Part shown: piece by piece, positions 9,460-18,158 of the stretch
How the letters are laid out: each line of letters begins with the position of its first letter
Position numbering within the stretch: the stretch's first letter is position 1
Made by a program: the position numbers and the translations under genes
Notes under the pieces: model-generated
Seen by the model: the letters and a program-made list of their open reading frames with translations, nothing else
What the model was told of the DNA's origin: nothing
Databases searched by the model: none
Origin: an uncultured Coriobacteriaceae bacterium
GTDB lineage: Bacteria > Actinomycetota > Coriobacteriia > Coriobacteriales > Eggerthellaceae
DNA length: 28,128 nt
Reading direction: 5' to 3'
NCBI GenBank assembly: GCA_902767025.1
Contig: CACXFZ010000138.1
Span: forward strand, 1-28,128

Positions 9460-10308
9460 TTACTTGAGCACCCAGTTGTCGAAGGACAGGCCCTCGTCGG
9501 CGTACTTCTCGCACAGCTTCTCGACGGTGCCGTCTTCGTACATTTCCTTGAGCGTCTTGGTCACGGTCTCGGCCAGGTCCTTCTGACCCAGGCTGAAGCC
9601 GACGGCGTAGTGCTCGGACGACAAGGGCTCGGAAAGCTGCTCGTACTTGTCGCCGGTGCGCGAGATCTGGTACGCGGCGATGGACAGGTCGCATGCCACG
9701 GCGTCAACCGCGCCGCTGTCAAGCTGCAGGAACGCGTTGTTGTAGTCGCTGATGGTCTGCGGAGCGCCACCGGCCAGAGAAGCGGACAGGTCCTTGTAGT
9801 CGTCGCCTTCGAGCACGTCCAGGGCGGCGGAGTCGACCTGCGTCATGACGGTCTTGCCCTTCAGGTCGTCGAACGTCTTGATGTCGCTGCCCTTCTTCAC
9901 CACGACAACCTGCTCGTTGAGCATGTAGGGCTCGCTGAACTCGTACTTGCCTTCGCGGCCTTCGAGGGTGAACCCGTTCCAGATGCAGGTGATCGAACCG
10001 CTACCCAGCAGGGCGTCCTTGGCGTCCCAGTCGATGGGCTCGGCCTTGTACTCCCAACCGTTGCGCTTGCAGACTTCCTGGGCGAGGTCCAGGTCGAAGC
10101 CGGTGTACTCGCCGTTGTCGCCCACGTAGCCATAGGGCGGATACGCGCTGTCGAAGCCAACGACCAGCGTTCCTTCGGCGGCGCCGGACGCAGACGAGGA
10201 TGCGGCGCTGCTCGACGACGAGCCTCCACCCGCACAGCCCGCCAGCACGAACGCCAGCATGCACGCGGCCAAGGCCGCAACTATCATGGAAACGATCTTC
10301 TTGTTCAT
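9460..10308 (-). CDS. Polar amino-acid ABC substrate-binding lipoprotein (family 3)
   Basis: MNKKIV signal with lipobox LAGC and a Ser-rich linker. VGFDSAYPPYGY...GFDLDLA, IDWDAK, IWNG motifs. Start refined from 10449 to 10308 using the RBS. Confidence 0.92.
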   Translation of the reverse strand: MNKKIVSMIVAALAACMLAFVLAGCAGGGSSSSSAASSSASGAAEGTLVVGFDSAYPPYGYVGDNGEYTGFDLDLAQEVCKRNGWEYKAEPIDWDAKDALLGSGSITCIWNGFTLEGREGKYEFSEPYMLNEQVVVVKKGSDIKTFDDLKGKTVMTQVDSAALDVLEGDDYKDLSASLAGGAPQTISDYNNAFLQLDSGAVDAVACDLSIAAYQISRTGDKYEQLSEPLSSEHYAVGFSLGQKDLAETVTKTLKEMYEDGTVEKLCEKYADEGLSFDNWVLK

Positions 10309-10383
10309 GGTCATCCTTCCCTTTCCCACCTTGAACATACGTGCCGCGGCACGTCTGCAGCACCCTCGCGACGCTCTTTGCCA

Positions 10384-10417
10384 CTTTAGTGTGCTAAAGC
10401 AGGTCGATAGTATATCA
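10384..10417 (-). promoter_or_regulatory. Extended -10 (TGaTATACT) with downstream palindromic operator CTTTAG-N4-CTAAAG
   Basis: Minus-strand TATACT at 10414-10409 with TG at -3. Perfect 6-4-6 palindrome at 10384-10399. Confidence 0.55.
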
Positions 10418-10465
10418 CGACATCCAGCGCGTTCGATGCCCGTGGACAAACACCAGAGAAACCCC

Positions 10466-10501
10466 CAGCGCCCGGGACCTCATCTGCGGTCCCGGGCGCT
10501 G
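10466..10501 (-). terminator. Terminator-like hairpin after the groEL paralogue
   Basis: 14-bp perfect stem CAGCGCCCGGGACC / GGTCCCGGGCGCTG with an 8-nt loop. The U-tract is weak. Confidence 0.7.
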
Positions 10502-10558
10502 AAACACCTTTATGTCAGGCTCCGATCGTGCCAAGGAGGCCCTTGGCGCAGCCCGGCG

Positions 10559-12142
10559 CTACTTGATTTCCGTCACACCGGTTTCGGTGGTGAGCATGAC
10601 CGACGAGGCGCTGACGGCGCACTCGAGTGCCAGGCGGCTCACCTTCGCCGAGTCGATGACGCCGGCCTCGATCATCTTGCAGTACTCGCCGGTCGACGCG
10701 TTGTAGCCGTACCCGCTGCCCAACTCGCGGATGCGGGCGATGGCGATGTCGCCTTCGATGTCGGAATTCTCGGCGATCTGGCGCACCGGCTGCTCCAGGG
10801 CGCGCAGCACGATCCGCGCTCCCAGGGCCTCGTCGCCCTCGAGCGATTCGGCGTACTCGCGCACCTGCGGGATGATGTCCAGGTACGTGGCGCCACCGCC
10901 GGGCACGATGCCCTCGGCAGCGGCTGCGCGCGCGGCGTTGATGGCGTCTTCCACGCGCAGACGGCGTTCGCGCACCTCTGCATCGCTCGCCCCGCCCACG
11001 CGGATCAGGCCCACGCCGGCGTCCAGGTACGACAGGCGCTCGCGCAGGCGCACGCGATCGAACTCGTCGGTGGTGTCTTCGGCCTGACGGCGCAGGTCGC
11101 CGATGCGGCTGGCAATGGCATCCGGGTCGCCGCCACCGCCGATGATGGCCGTGTTCTTCAGCTCGACGCGCACCTTTTCGGCCGTGCCCAGCATGTCGAG
11201 CGTGACGTCGGAGAGCTGGTAGCCGAACAGCTCGCGGCTGATCAGCGTCGCGCCCGTGTACAGGGCGATGTCGTCCAGGTAGAGCTTGCGGATCTCGGCG
11301 AAGCCCGGCGGGTTGATGGCCACGCCCTTGATGGCGCCGTGGCCGATGTTGTACATCAGCGTGCCCAGGGCCTTGCGGTCCATCTCGTCGGCGATGACCA
11401 GCAGCGCCTTGCCTGCCGACACCACCTGCTCCATGATGTTCAGGAATGCGCGCGTGTCGGTGATCTTCTCGTCGGTCACCAGTACGCACACGTCGGTGAG
11501 CTCGAGCGTCATGTGCTCCAGGTCCTCCGCCATCTGGGGCAGCAGGAAGCCCTGGTTGATCTGCATGCCCTCGACGATGCGCAGCGACGTGGTCAGGTCG
11601 CCGGAGTCCTCCATCGTCACCGTGGCGCCGGCGCCCACGGCATCGTAGGCATCGGCCACGAGCTTGCCGATCAGCGGGTCCTCGCTCGAAATGACCGCGA
11701 CCTGCTCGAGCGTGTCGCGGGTGTCGCACGGTTGTGCAAGCTCGGCAATCGCATTGGTGGCGACATCGCCTGCACCCTGGATGCCGCGCTTGATGGCCAG
11801 TGGATCGGCGCCCGCCATGACGTTGCGGTTGCCTTCCACGATGATGGTCTGGGCCAGGATGGTGGCCGTGGTCGTGCCGTCGCCTGCGTACTCGTTGGCG
11901 CTGCTGGCCACCTTCTTCAGCATCTGGGCACCCATGTTCTCGGCAGGGTCGGCCAGATCGATGGCCTCGGCGATGGTGACGCCGTCGTTGGTGGTAAGCG
12001 GATGGCGCTTGTCCTTCTTCTGCTGAACCAGCACGTAGCGCCCGGCCGGTCCCAGCGTGCCCCGCACGGCGTCGGCAAGCTTGTTCACGCCCGTGAGCAT
12101 CTTCGCGCGGACGTCTTCTCCATAGAGTATCTGGTTGGGCAT
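10559..12142 (-). CDS. groEL: Chaperonin GroEL (Cpn60) family, divergent paralogue
   Basis: TLGP.GR, TNDGVTIA, AGDGTTTATILA, VEDAINAARAA, EGIVPGGG, IDSAKVSR. No GGM tail and no adjacent groES. RBS AAGGAAAGAAGG. Confidence 0.92.
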   Translation of the reverse strand: MPNQILYGEDVRAKMLTGVNKLADAVRGTLGPAGRYVLVQQKKDKRHPLTTNDGVTIAEAIDLADPAENMGAQMLKKVASSANEYAGDGTTTATILAQTIIVEGNRNVMAGADPLAIKRGIQGAGDVATNAIAELAQPCDTRDTLEQVAVISSEDPLIGKLVADAYDAVGAGATVTMEDSGDLTTSLRIVEGMQINQGFLLPQMAEDLEHMTLELTDVCVLVTDEKITDTRAFLNIMEQVVSAGKALLVIADEMDRKALGTLMYNIGHGAIKGVAINPPGFAEIRKLYLDDIALYTGATLISRELFGYQLSDVTLDMLGTAEKVRVELKNTAIIGGGGDPDAIASRIGDLRRQAEDTTDEFDRVRLRERLSYLDAGVGLIRVGGASDAEVRERRLRVEDAINAARAAAAEGIVPGGGATYLDIIPQVREYAESLEGDEALGARIVLRALEQPVRQIAENSDIEGDIAIARIRELGSGYGYNASTGEYCKMIEAGVIDSAKVSRLALECAVSASSVMLTTETGVTEIK

Positions 12143-12169
12143 GGTACCTTCTTTCCTTATCGCAAGCAG

Positions 12170-12196
12170 CTAGCAATCATACCACGAGCGCGCGAA
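12170..12196 (-). promoter_or_regulatory. Degenerate CIRCE overlapping an extended -10 (TGgTATGAT)
   Basis: CTAGCAATC-N9-GCGCGCGAA versus consensus TTAGCACTC-N9-GAGTGCTAA: 13 of 18 match with exact spacing. The -10 is at 12181-12176. Confidence 0.5.
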
Positions 12197-12220
12197 AAAG
12201 CAGCCTGCGTGGCCGCAAGC
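12195..12220 (-). terminator. Possible terminator after fdhE
   Basis: Minus strand GCTTGCG-GCCA-CGCAGGC (7 bp, one G-U) then TGCTTTTT. Confidence 0.45.
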
Positions 12221-12245
12221 TCAACGTTGCTCTACGAAGTGGCTG

Positions 12246-13142
12246 CTATTGCCTGAAACGGGGGTCCAGCGCCACGTGGTCCAGGCGCGCCATGGCCACG
12301 TCCTCCACTTCCATGACCACCGCCGCACCCAGGTCGTCCTGGAACACCGTGCGCATGTAGTCGCCGCATTCCTCGCAGTTGTGCAGGCGGTGCGCAGCGT
12401 CGCCTTCGATGTGGAACCAGTGCAGCTTGCCCTGGTTCTGCGACCCGCAGCATGCGCAGCGGATGCGCTCGAATTCCCAGGTGGTGCCGCACAACCCGCA
12501 GTACAGGATGCGGTCGTGGCTTTCGATGTCGGTGCCCGACGCCACCGAAGAGGCGCTGGCGGGAGCTCCGCACGCCGGGCAGCGCAGCGGCTTGCCGTGG
12601 TAGAGCTGGTTGGCACGTGCCGCCTTGAAACCATCCTTGAGCTTTTCGGCAGCAGGCTGCAGGTAGGAGCGCACGGCGAACGACGGCACCATCATGAACA
12701 CCGATGCGGGACACGACGAGTCCAGTTCGTAGTCGTCGATGGCGCCCAGACAGGCCTCGACGAAGCCGGCCGGGTCGCTGCCCGCAAGGTCGAGCGGGGC
12801 CTTCGCGGCGAAGGCCTTCCAGTCGTAGTCGCGCAGGACGCCGGCCACTTCGTCGGCAAGCCCGGCGTTTTGCGCCATGTAGTCGGCGACCAGGCCGCAC
12901 GTGCGGGCGAACTCGTCGGCATCGATGGCCACCGGGTTTTCCCGGAACGCCGGCACCTCGTCCCAGTACTGCTTCTCGAGCTCTTCGTCGCCAGCCGCCT
13001 CGTAGCCATCCGCGCCGATGCGCTCGGCCTCGTCCTGCTGGATCTGCCACAGCCCGCGGAAGAACTCGAAGCGTGCCTTGTCCTGATCGTCGCCGTCCTG
13101 CGCATAGCGCTCGATGGCCCGGTCGATTGCTTTCATGTCCAT
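12246..13142 (-). CDS. fdhE: Formate dehydrogenase accessory protein FdhE
   Basis: C-terminal Cys clusters CPACG, CGLCGTTW, RCACCGS and CEECGDY. Downstream of the FDH structural genes. RBS AAGGAG. Confidence 0.88.
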   Translation of the reverse strand: MDMKAIDRAIERYAQDGDDQDKARFEFFRGLWQIQQDEAERIGADGYEAAGDEELEKQYWDEVPAFRENPVAIDADEFARTCGLVADYMAQNAGLADEVAGVLRDYDWKAFAAKAPLDLAGSDPAGFVEACLGAIDDYELDSSCPASVFMMVPSFAVRSYLQPAAEKLKDGFKAARANQLYHGKPLRCPACGAPASASSVASGTDIESHDRILYCGLCGTTWEFERIRCACCGSQNQGKLHWFHIEGDAAHRLHNCEECGDYMRTVFQDDLGAAVVMEVEDVAMARLDHVALDPRFRQ

Positions 13143-13165
13143 GGATGAAAACTCCTTGTTTCCTT

Positions 13166-13198
13166 AAACGAAGCGGGAGCGGCAAGACCGCTCCCGCT
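13166..13198 (-). terminator. Strong hairpin between the FDH gamma gene and fdhE
   Basis: Perfect 11-bp stem AGCGGGAGCGG-TCTTG-CCGCTCCCGCT followed by TCGTTT on the minus strand. Confidence 0.7.
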
Positions 13199-13223
13199 GC
13201 TGTGTGCGCGAAAGGGGCAGAGG

Positions 13224-13913
13224 TTACACTTCCCTCTCCACAACGTTTTCGCCCTTCTCGATTTCCTCGCGGGCCCAGAAACCCCAGTGGTACAGCGCGT
13301 CGGACTCGGGCACTTCGCCGCTGCCGAACATGAGCTTGCGCGTACCGCGGTAGGGCTGGAAGATGCCCGAACCCAGGTAGAAGTGGGCGGCCACGAACAC
13401 CACGAGCACCATGAAGAACAGGTCGTGGATGAAACGCATGACCGCGATCGTGCCGGGCGAAGCCGCGAACACGCTCGTGCCCAGCCACAGCACCAGGCCG
13501 GAAACGCCCATGGCGATGCCGCCCAGGATGAGCATGCCGTCGGCAACGCGCTGGCCGGACTTGACCTCGTCCTGGTCGGGCATGTGCACGCGCTTGGGGC
13601 CCAGCATGTAGGGCACGAACTTCTTCATGAATTCGAAGTCCTCGGGCGTCCACTTGGTGAAGTACTTGCCCAAGAACGCCTTGAAACCGCCGGGTGCAGC
13701 GATGGCGCTGATGATGGGCACCAGGATGAAGATGGTGCCGACGATGCGATGCGTCACCCTCATGAACTGCGCCACGCCGGGAGCCGCAGCGGCCAGCGGG
13801 GGCACGAAGATGAACAGGCCCGAAATCATCAGCCAGATGCACGAGAACACGACGGTGCCGTGGGTCAGACGCGTTTGCAGGGAATGACGTTTGATGAAGC
13901 GTTTCGTTGCCAT
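13224..13913 (-). CDS. Formate dehydrogenase gamma subunit (cytochrome b556, FdnI/FdoI-like)
   Basis: Four TM helices with four His heme ligands (LTHG, THRI, IHDL, AHFY) and K...GQR. ATG overlaps the beta TAA (TAATG). Confidence 0.88.
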   Translation of the reverse strand: MATKRFIKRHSLQTRLTHGTVVFSCIWLMISGLFIFVPPLAAAAPGVAQFMRVTHRIVGTIFILVPIISAIAAPGGFKAFLGKYFTKWTPEDFEFMKKFVPYMLGPKRVHMPDQDEVKSGQRVADGMLILGGIAMGVSGLVLWLGTSVFAASPGTIAVMRFIHDLFFMVLVVFVAAHFYLGSGIFQPYRGTRKLMFGSGEVPESDALYHWGFWAREEIEKGENVVEREV

Positions 13914-14800
13914 TATCGCTCACCTGCCTCTTTGTCGATGTGGCGGATCGTCTCGCCGGTGTCCACATCGATGATGTCGTGGTTGACCTCGTCGTAGCGC
14001 ATTTCGTCGCGATGGTAGCCCAAGCCGGTCAGGAACGAGATGCCCAGACCGCCCACCAGTGCCACCGCACCGACGCCCAGGATGGGCTTCATCCAGCCCA
14101 TGGCGCCGAGCAGCGGGCTGGTCTGCGGGTTCTCGGGCAGGCCGTACTGCTCGATGGGGTACTTCAGCACGCGCAGCGTGTGCAAGCCGCCCATCTCGTT
14201 TTCGCCGTAGACGCGCGCCGCTTCGAAGCCCTTTTCCTTCAGCAGATCCACGCGCTCGTGCGCGATCTTGAGCATTTCATCGCGGTCGCCGAACATCAGA
14301 GCGCCAGGCTGGCAGGTGCTCACGCACGCCGGCGCGCGGTCGTTGCGCACGCGGTCGATGCAGGCGGTGCACTTGTTCACCGTGATGTTGTAGCCCGACA
14401 GGCCCACGTTGTGGTAACGGGGCACGTCGAAGGGGCACGCCATGTGGCAGTACTGGCAGCCAGTGCACAGATCGGTGTCGAAGATGACGAAGCCGGTTTC
14501 CTCGTCCTTGTGCATGCAGCCCGAAGGGCACACCTGCACACACGGCGCGTCGGTGCAATGGCTGCAGCCACGGCGGCCGAACGCCCAGTCCACGCCGTAC
14601 TTCTCGCGCGGCTTCTCGTCGAAGCTGATGACCAGACGCGTGTTTTCGTCGAGGTCGGGTGGATTCTGCAGGGTCCCCGACCACTTCTGAGAATTCAGCT
14701 CGATGGGGGACGGAAGCAGGTTCCAGGTTTTGCACGCCACCTGGCAGCCTTTGCAGGCAGAGCAGCGCGAAGAATCGAACATAATTGCCTTTTCAGCCAT
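13913..14800 (-). CDS. Formate dehydrogenase beta subunit (4x[4Fe-4S], FdnH/FdoH-like)
   Basis: CSACKGCQVAC, CSHCTDAPCVQVC, CTGCQYCHMAC, KCTAC...PACVSTC and a C-terminal TM anchor. Start refined to 14800 (RBS AGGAGG). Confidence 0.92.
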   Translation of the reverse strand: MAEKAIMFDSSRCSACKGCQVACKTWNLLPSPIELNSQKWSGTLQNPPDLDENTRLVISFDEKPREKYGVDWAFGRRGCSHCTDAPCVQVCPSGCMHKDEETGFVIFDTDLCTGCQYCHMACPFDVPRYHNVGLSGYNITVNKCTACIDRVRNDRAPACVSTCQPGALMFGDRDEMLKIAHERVDLLKEKGFEAARVYGENEMGGLHTLRVLKYPIEQYGLPENPQTSPLLGAMGWMKPILGVGAVALVGGLGISFLTGLGYHRDEMRYDEVNHDIIDVDTGETIRHIDKEAGER

Positions 14801-14816
14801 GGATACCGCCTCCTTC

Positions 14817-17800
14817 CTATGCCTTCTTGACATCCACGAGGAATGCCTTGAACTCGGGGATGAAACTGTTGGGGTCGCCTACGTTGGGCGTGAGGTCGTT
14901 GACCACCTCGCCGGTCGAGAACATGTTCGTCCAGTCCCAGTGATGGATCATGCCGACCTGGTGGATGGTTTCGCCGTTGACCGTCAGCGGCCTGAAGCGC
15001 GCGGTGACCAGCGCATTCAAGCGCACCTCGCCGCGGTTGTTCCACACGATGACCTCGTCGCCGTTCTTGATGCCCTTTTCCTCGGCGAGCTCCATGCTCA
15101 TCTCGATGAACTGGCGCGGGGCGATCTCGTTGAGCGCAGGGCACATGCGCGTCTGCGCGCCGGTCTGCCAATGCTCGGTGATCGAGTAGGTGGTGGCCAC
15201 GATGGGGAACTCGCCGAAGTCGCCCTTCTTGGCCGAGGGATGGTCGGCGAACTTCATCAACGGCGAATTCTGCAGCGCGTTGAAGGTGTTCTTCGTGGGG
15301 CTCTCGAACGGTTCGTAGTGCTCGGGCAGCGCTGCATCGGCCAAACCGTAGCTGATGAAGTTGGCGTGCTGCTCGGGCTTCATGAAGAACGCGTTGTCGT
15401 TGGGGGCAACCGGCGTGTTCGTGCCGTCGGCATTGGCCGTCTGGAACACGAAGTCGGGCACGTCGTTGCGCGTGGCCCATTCCGTGCCGTTCCATTCCAC
15501 CAGCACGCGCTTGGGGTTCCACGGCTTGCCGTTGGCGTCGGCCGACGCGCGGTTGTAGATGATGCGGCGGTTGGCCGGCCAGCTGAACGCCCACTTCGGG
15601 TACAGGCCGAGCTCGCCGGGATCGTCGTGCTCGCGACGGCCCACCGGCTGGGCTGCCGGGTCGAGCGGGGCGTCGGAGTTGTTGTAGTAACCGCCGTAGA
15701 TCCAGATGGCGCATGCCGTGGAGCCATCAGCCTTGAGCTGGGCAAACGCAGGCAGCAGGTCCATCTTGGCCGACTTCATGTCGGAGCTGGCAACCTTGTA
15801 GCCGTTGAACGCCCATGCGACGGGACGCGGGTCGATCTTGCCGTCCACGTAGTAGTCCCACTTCACGTTCAGGATGCTTTCGGCGCTCGGGCCGCCTTCG
15901 GCCTTGTACAGCTCGACGATCTTCGTCCACAGCATGTCGGCGATCTCGTAGTCGGGCTTGGCCTCTCCCACCGGCTCGACGGCCTTGTAGCGCCACTGCA
16001 GCCAGCGGCCGGAGTTGGCGATGGTGCCGCTCTTCTCGTAGATGAGCGCCGCAGGCAGGAAGTAGACTTCGGTCTGGATGTCTTCGGGCTTCATGTCGGG
16101 AGCGCGCCAGAACGAAGCCGTGGCGGTCTCGACCCAGTCGGCAACGACCAGCCATTCCAGGTTGGCCATGGCGCGGCGGTTGAACGCCGAGTTCGGGTCG
16201 GACACGACGGGGTTCTGGCCCCAGGCGAAGTAGCCCTTCATCGTGCCGGCGTCCATCAGATGGAAGGTGCCCATCGTGGTGTAGTCGCCGCCGTTCTTGG
16301 GAATCTTCGGCAGCCAGTCGTAGCCGTAGTCGTTCTCGACGGTGGCATGCTCGCCGAACCATTCCTTGAGCGCCGAAACCATGAACTTGGGCTTGTTGGT
16401 GTAGAAGCCGCCGTAGTAGGTCTGCGACTCGCACCAGGCGCGCAGGTTCGGGGACTCGGACACGTTGGGCCAACGCAGGTAGCCCGGGAAGTCGAACACG
16501 AGCATGGCCATGTCGGTGGCACCCTGCACGTTGGGCTCGCCGCGCAGCGCGTTCAGGCCGCCGCCTGCCACGCCCACGTTGCCCAGGAGCAGCTGCACCA
16601 GCGTCATGATGCGCGTGTTGTTCGTGCCGTACGTGTGCTGGGTCTGGCCCAGTGCGTACAGGATGGTGCCCGCCTTTTCAGGGGCGCCGGTGGATGCGTA
16701 GGCCTCGTAGACCTGGATGAGGGTGTCCTCGTCCATGCCGCAGGTCTCGCACACCTTTTCGATGGTGTAGCGGCTGTAGTGCTTCTTCATCAGCTGCCAC
16801 ACGCACTGCGGATCCTGCATCGTGGGATCCTTGCGGGCCACCTGCACCTTGGGGGGCGTGAACTCGGGCACGCCGGGATCCTTGACCCATGCGAACGAGC
16901 CGCCCTCCGAGGTGTCCCACTCGGATTCGCTTTCCACCTGGTAGTGCCACGTGTGCTTGTCGTAGGCCTTCTTCGATTCGTCCCACCCGCTGAAGAAGCC
17001 GGTTTCGGGATCGAAGCTGTAGCCTTCGTCCATGATGAACGTGGCGTTGGTGTAATGCTCGACGTACTCGTGCTGCCACAAGTCCTTTTCGATGATGTAG
17101 TTGATCATGCCGCCGTAGAAGGCGATGTCGGTGCCCGGGCGGATGGGGCAGTAGATGTCGGCCTGCGAAGCCGTGCGCGTGAAGCGGGGGTCCACCACGA
17201 TCCACGTGGCGCCCGCGTCGAGCGCGCGCTGCACCCATTTGCTGGATACCGGATGATTCTCGAGGTTGTTGGAACCGCTGGTAAGGATGACATCAGCGTT
17301 CTTGAAGTCGCAATAGTGACCCGTCATCGAGCCGCGACCGAATGAAGGCGCCAGACCGGCAACCGTGGAGCTGTGTCAAACACGTGCCTGGTTGTCGATC
17401 GCCACCAGGCCCAGCGAACGCATCATCTTCAGGATCAGGTACTCCTCTTCGGAGTTCTGCTGGCTGCCGCCCAAGCTGCCGATGGCAGGCGTGTAGTTGA
17501 CGGTGATGCCGTTCTCCTTTTCGATGAGCGTGGCATCGCGCGTGTCCTTCACGCGGCGGGCCACCCCTTCGATGGCCTCTTCCCAGCTGATCTCCTCCCA
17601 TTCGGTGGCACCGGGACGGCGCACCATGGGAGTGGTCCTACGCTCGGGGTTGTGCACGACCTCGTTCGTCGCCGGATCAACGATGTTGCGCAGCTGGAAC
17701 ATGGCCGCGCCCTTGGGACACAGGCAGCCCTCGTTGATGGGATGATCGGGATCGCCTTCCACGTTGATGACTTCACCATCGCGAACGGAAACAATGGAAC

Positions 17801-17978
17801 CACACCCACCCGAGCAGTAGCAACAGATGTTGGTGTACTCTTCGGTGTTTACCAGTTTCCATTCCCCATTGTGAAGGTCAACGGCAAACGCTTGCGACTG
17901 GGCAGACAGCTCGTATGCCATGCTCCCCGCAAACGCCAGTGCTGTGGCTTTGAAGAAGCCACGTCTTGTGAGATTCAT
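14817..17978 (-). CDS. Selenocysteine-containing formate dehydrogenase alpha subunit (FdnG/FdoG-like), about 1053 aa, Tat signal
   Basis: Two track ORFs join in frame through TGA 17378-17376, giving QARV-U-HSSTVAGLAPSFGRGSMT. TRRGFFK Tat motif, CCYCSGGC...C [4Fe-4S] motif, ALRGEPNVQG. RBS GGAGG. Confidence 0.93.
17347..17364 (-). promoter_or_regulatory. Bacterial SECIS element
   Basis: GGUUGCCGGUCUGGCGCC begins 11 nt after UGA and forms a stem with a bulged U and a GGUC-containing loop. It closely resembles the E. coli fdhF minimal SECIS GGUUGCAGGUCUGCACC. Confidence 0.85.
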
Positions 17979-18005
17979 CAACTGAACCTCCCTTCTCGCC
18001 TTCGC

Positions 18006-18033
18006 ACTATATATATGACTCAAATAGTAGCAA
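18006..18033 (-). promoter_or_regulatory. Candidate promoter of the FDH operon
   Basis: TTGCTA (18033-18028), N16, TATAGT (18011-18006), within an AT-rich patch. Confidence 0.6.
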
Positions 18034-18158
18034 TTTCCGACGGCCGTGCCTAGTAATCCCCGTGAACGGTAGGGACGCATTGCTTGTTTGGACGGTGACA
18101 CCCTGTCTACAGGGGCGATCGAGGCCTGTCGCGAGAGCCGAAATTGCGCGCTGGCAAG

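Noticed and set aside
10371-10397. CIRCE half-site GTGTGCTAA downstream of the groEL paralogue
   Set aside because: The other half at 9-bp spacing (ACGCTCTTT) does not match. The site is better explained by the CTTTAG/CTAAAG palindrome.
10309-10449. N-terminal extensions in the ORF track (substrate-binding protein, beta subunit, FDH alpha, L,D-transpeptidase, regulator, aldolase, TM2, pth)
   Set aside because: Downstream starts have better RBSs and begin at family-typical N-termini. The extensions cover predicted promoters.
17328-17378. FDH alpha as a pseudogene or two separate genes
   Set aside because: The stop is an in-frame UGA at the catalytic residue, followed by a SECIS, and the reading frame is continuous.
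18003-18018. NrdR or ModE box in the TATATATA run upstream of FDH
   Set aside because: Only one half resembles NrdR and the ModE spacing is absent. The run is adequately explained as the -10 region.
17979-18158. Moco/tungsten riboswitch upstream of FDH
   Set aside because: The predicted leader is only about 20-25 nt and I see no recognisable Moco RNA core. An Rfam scan would settle it.
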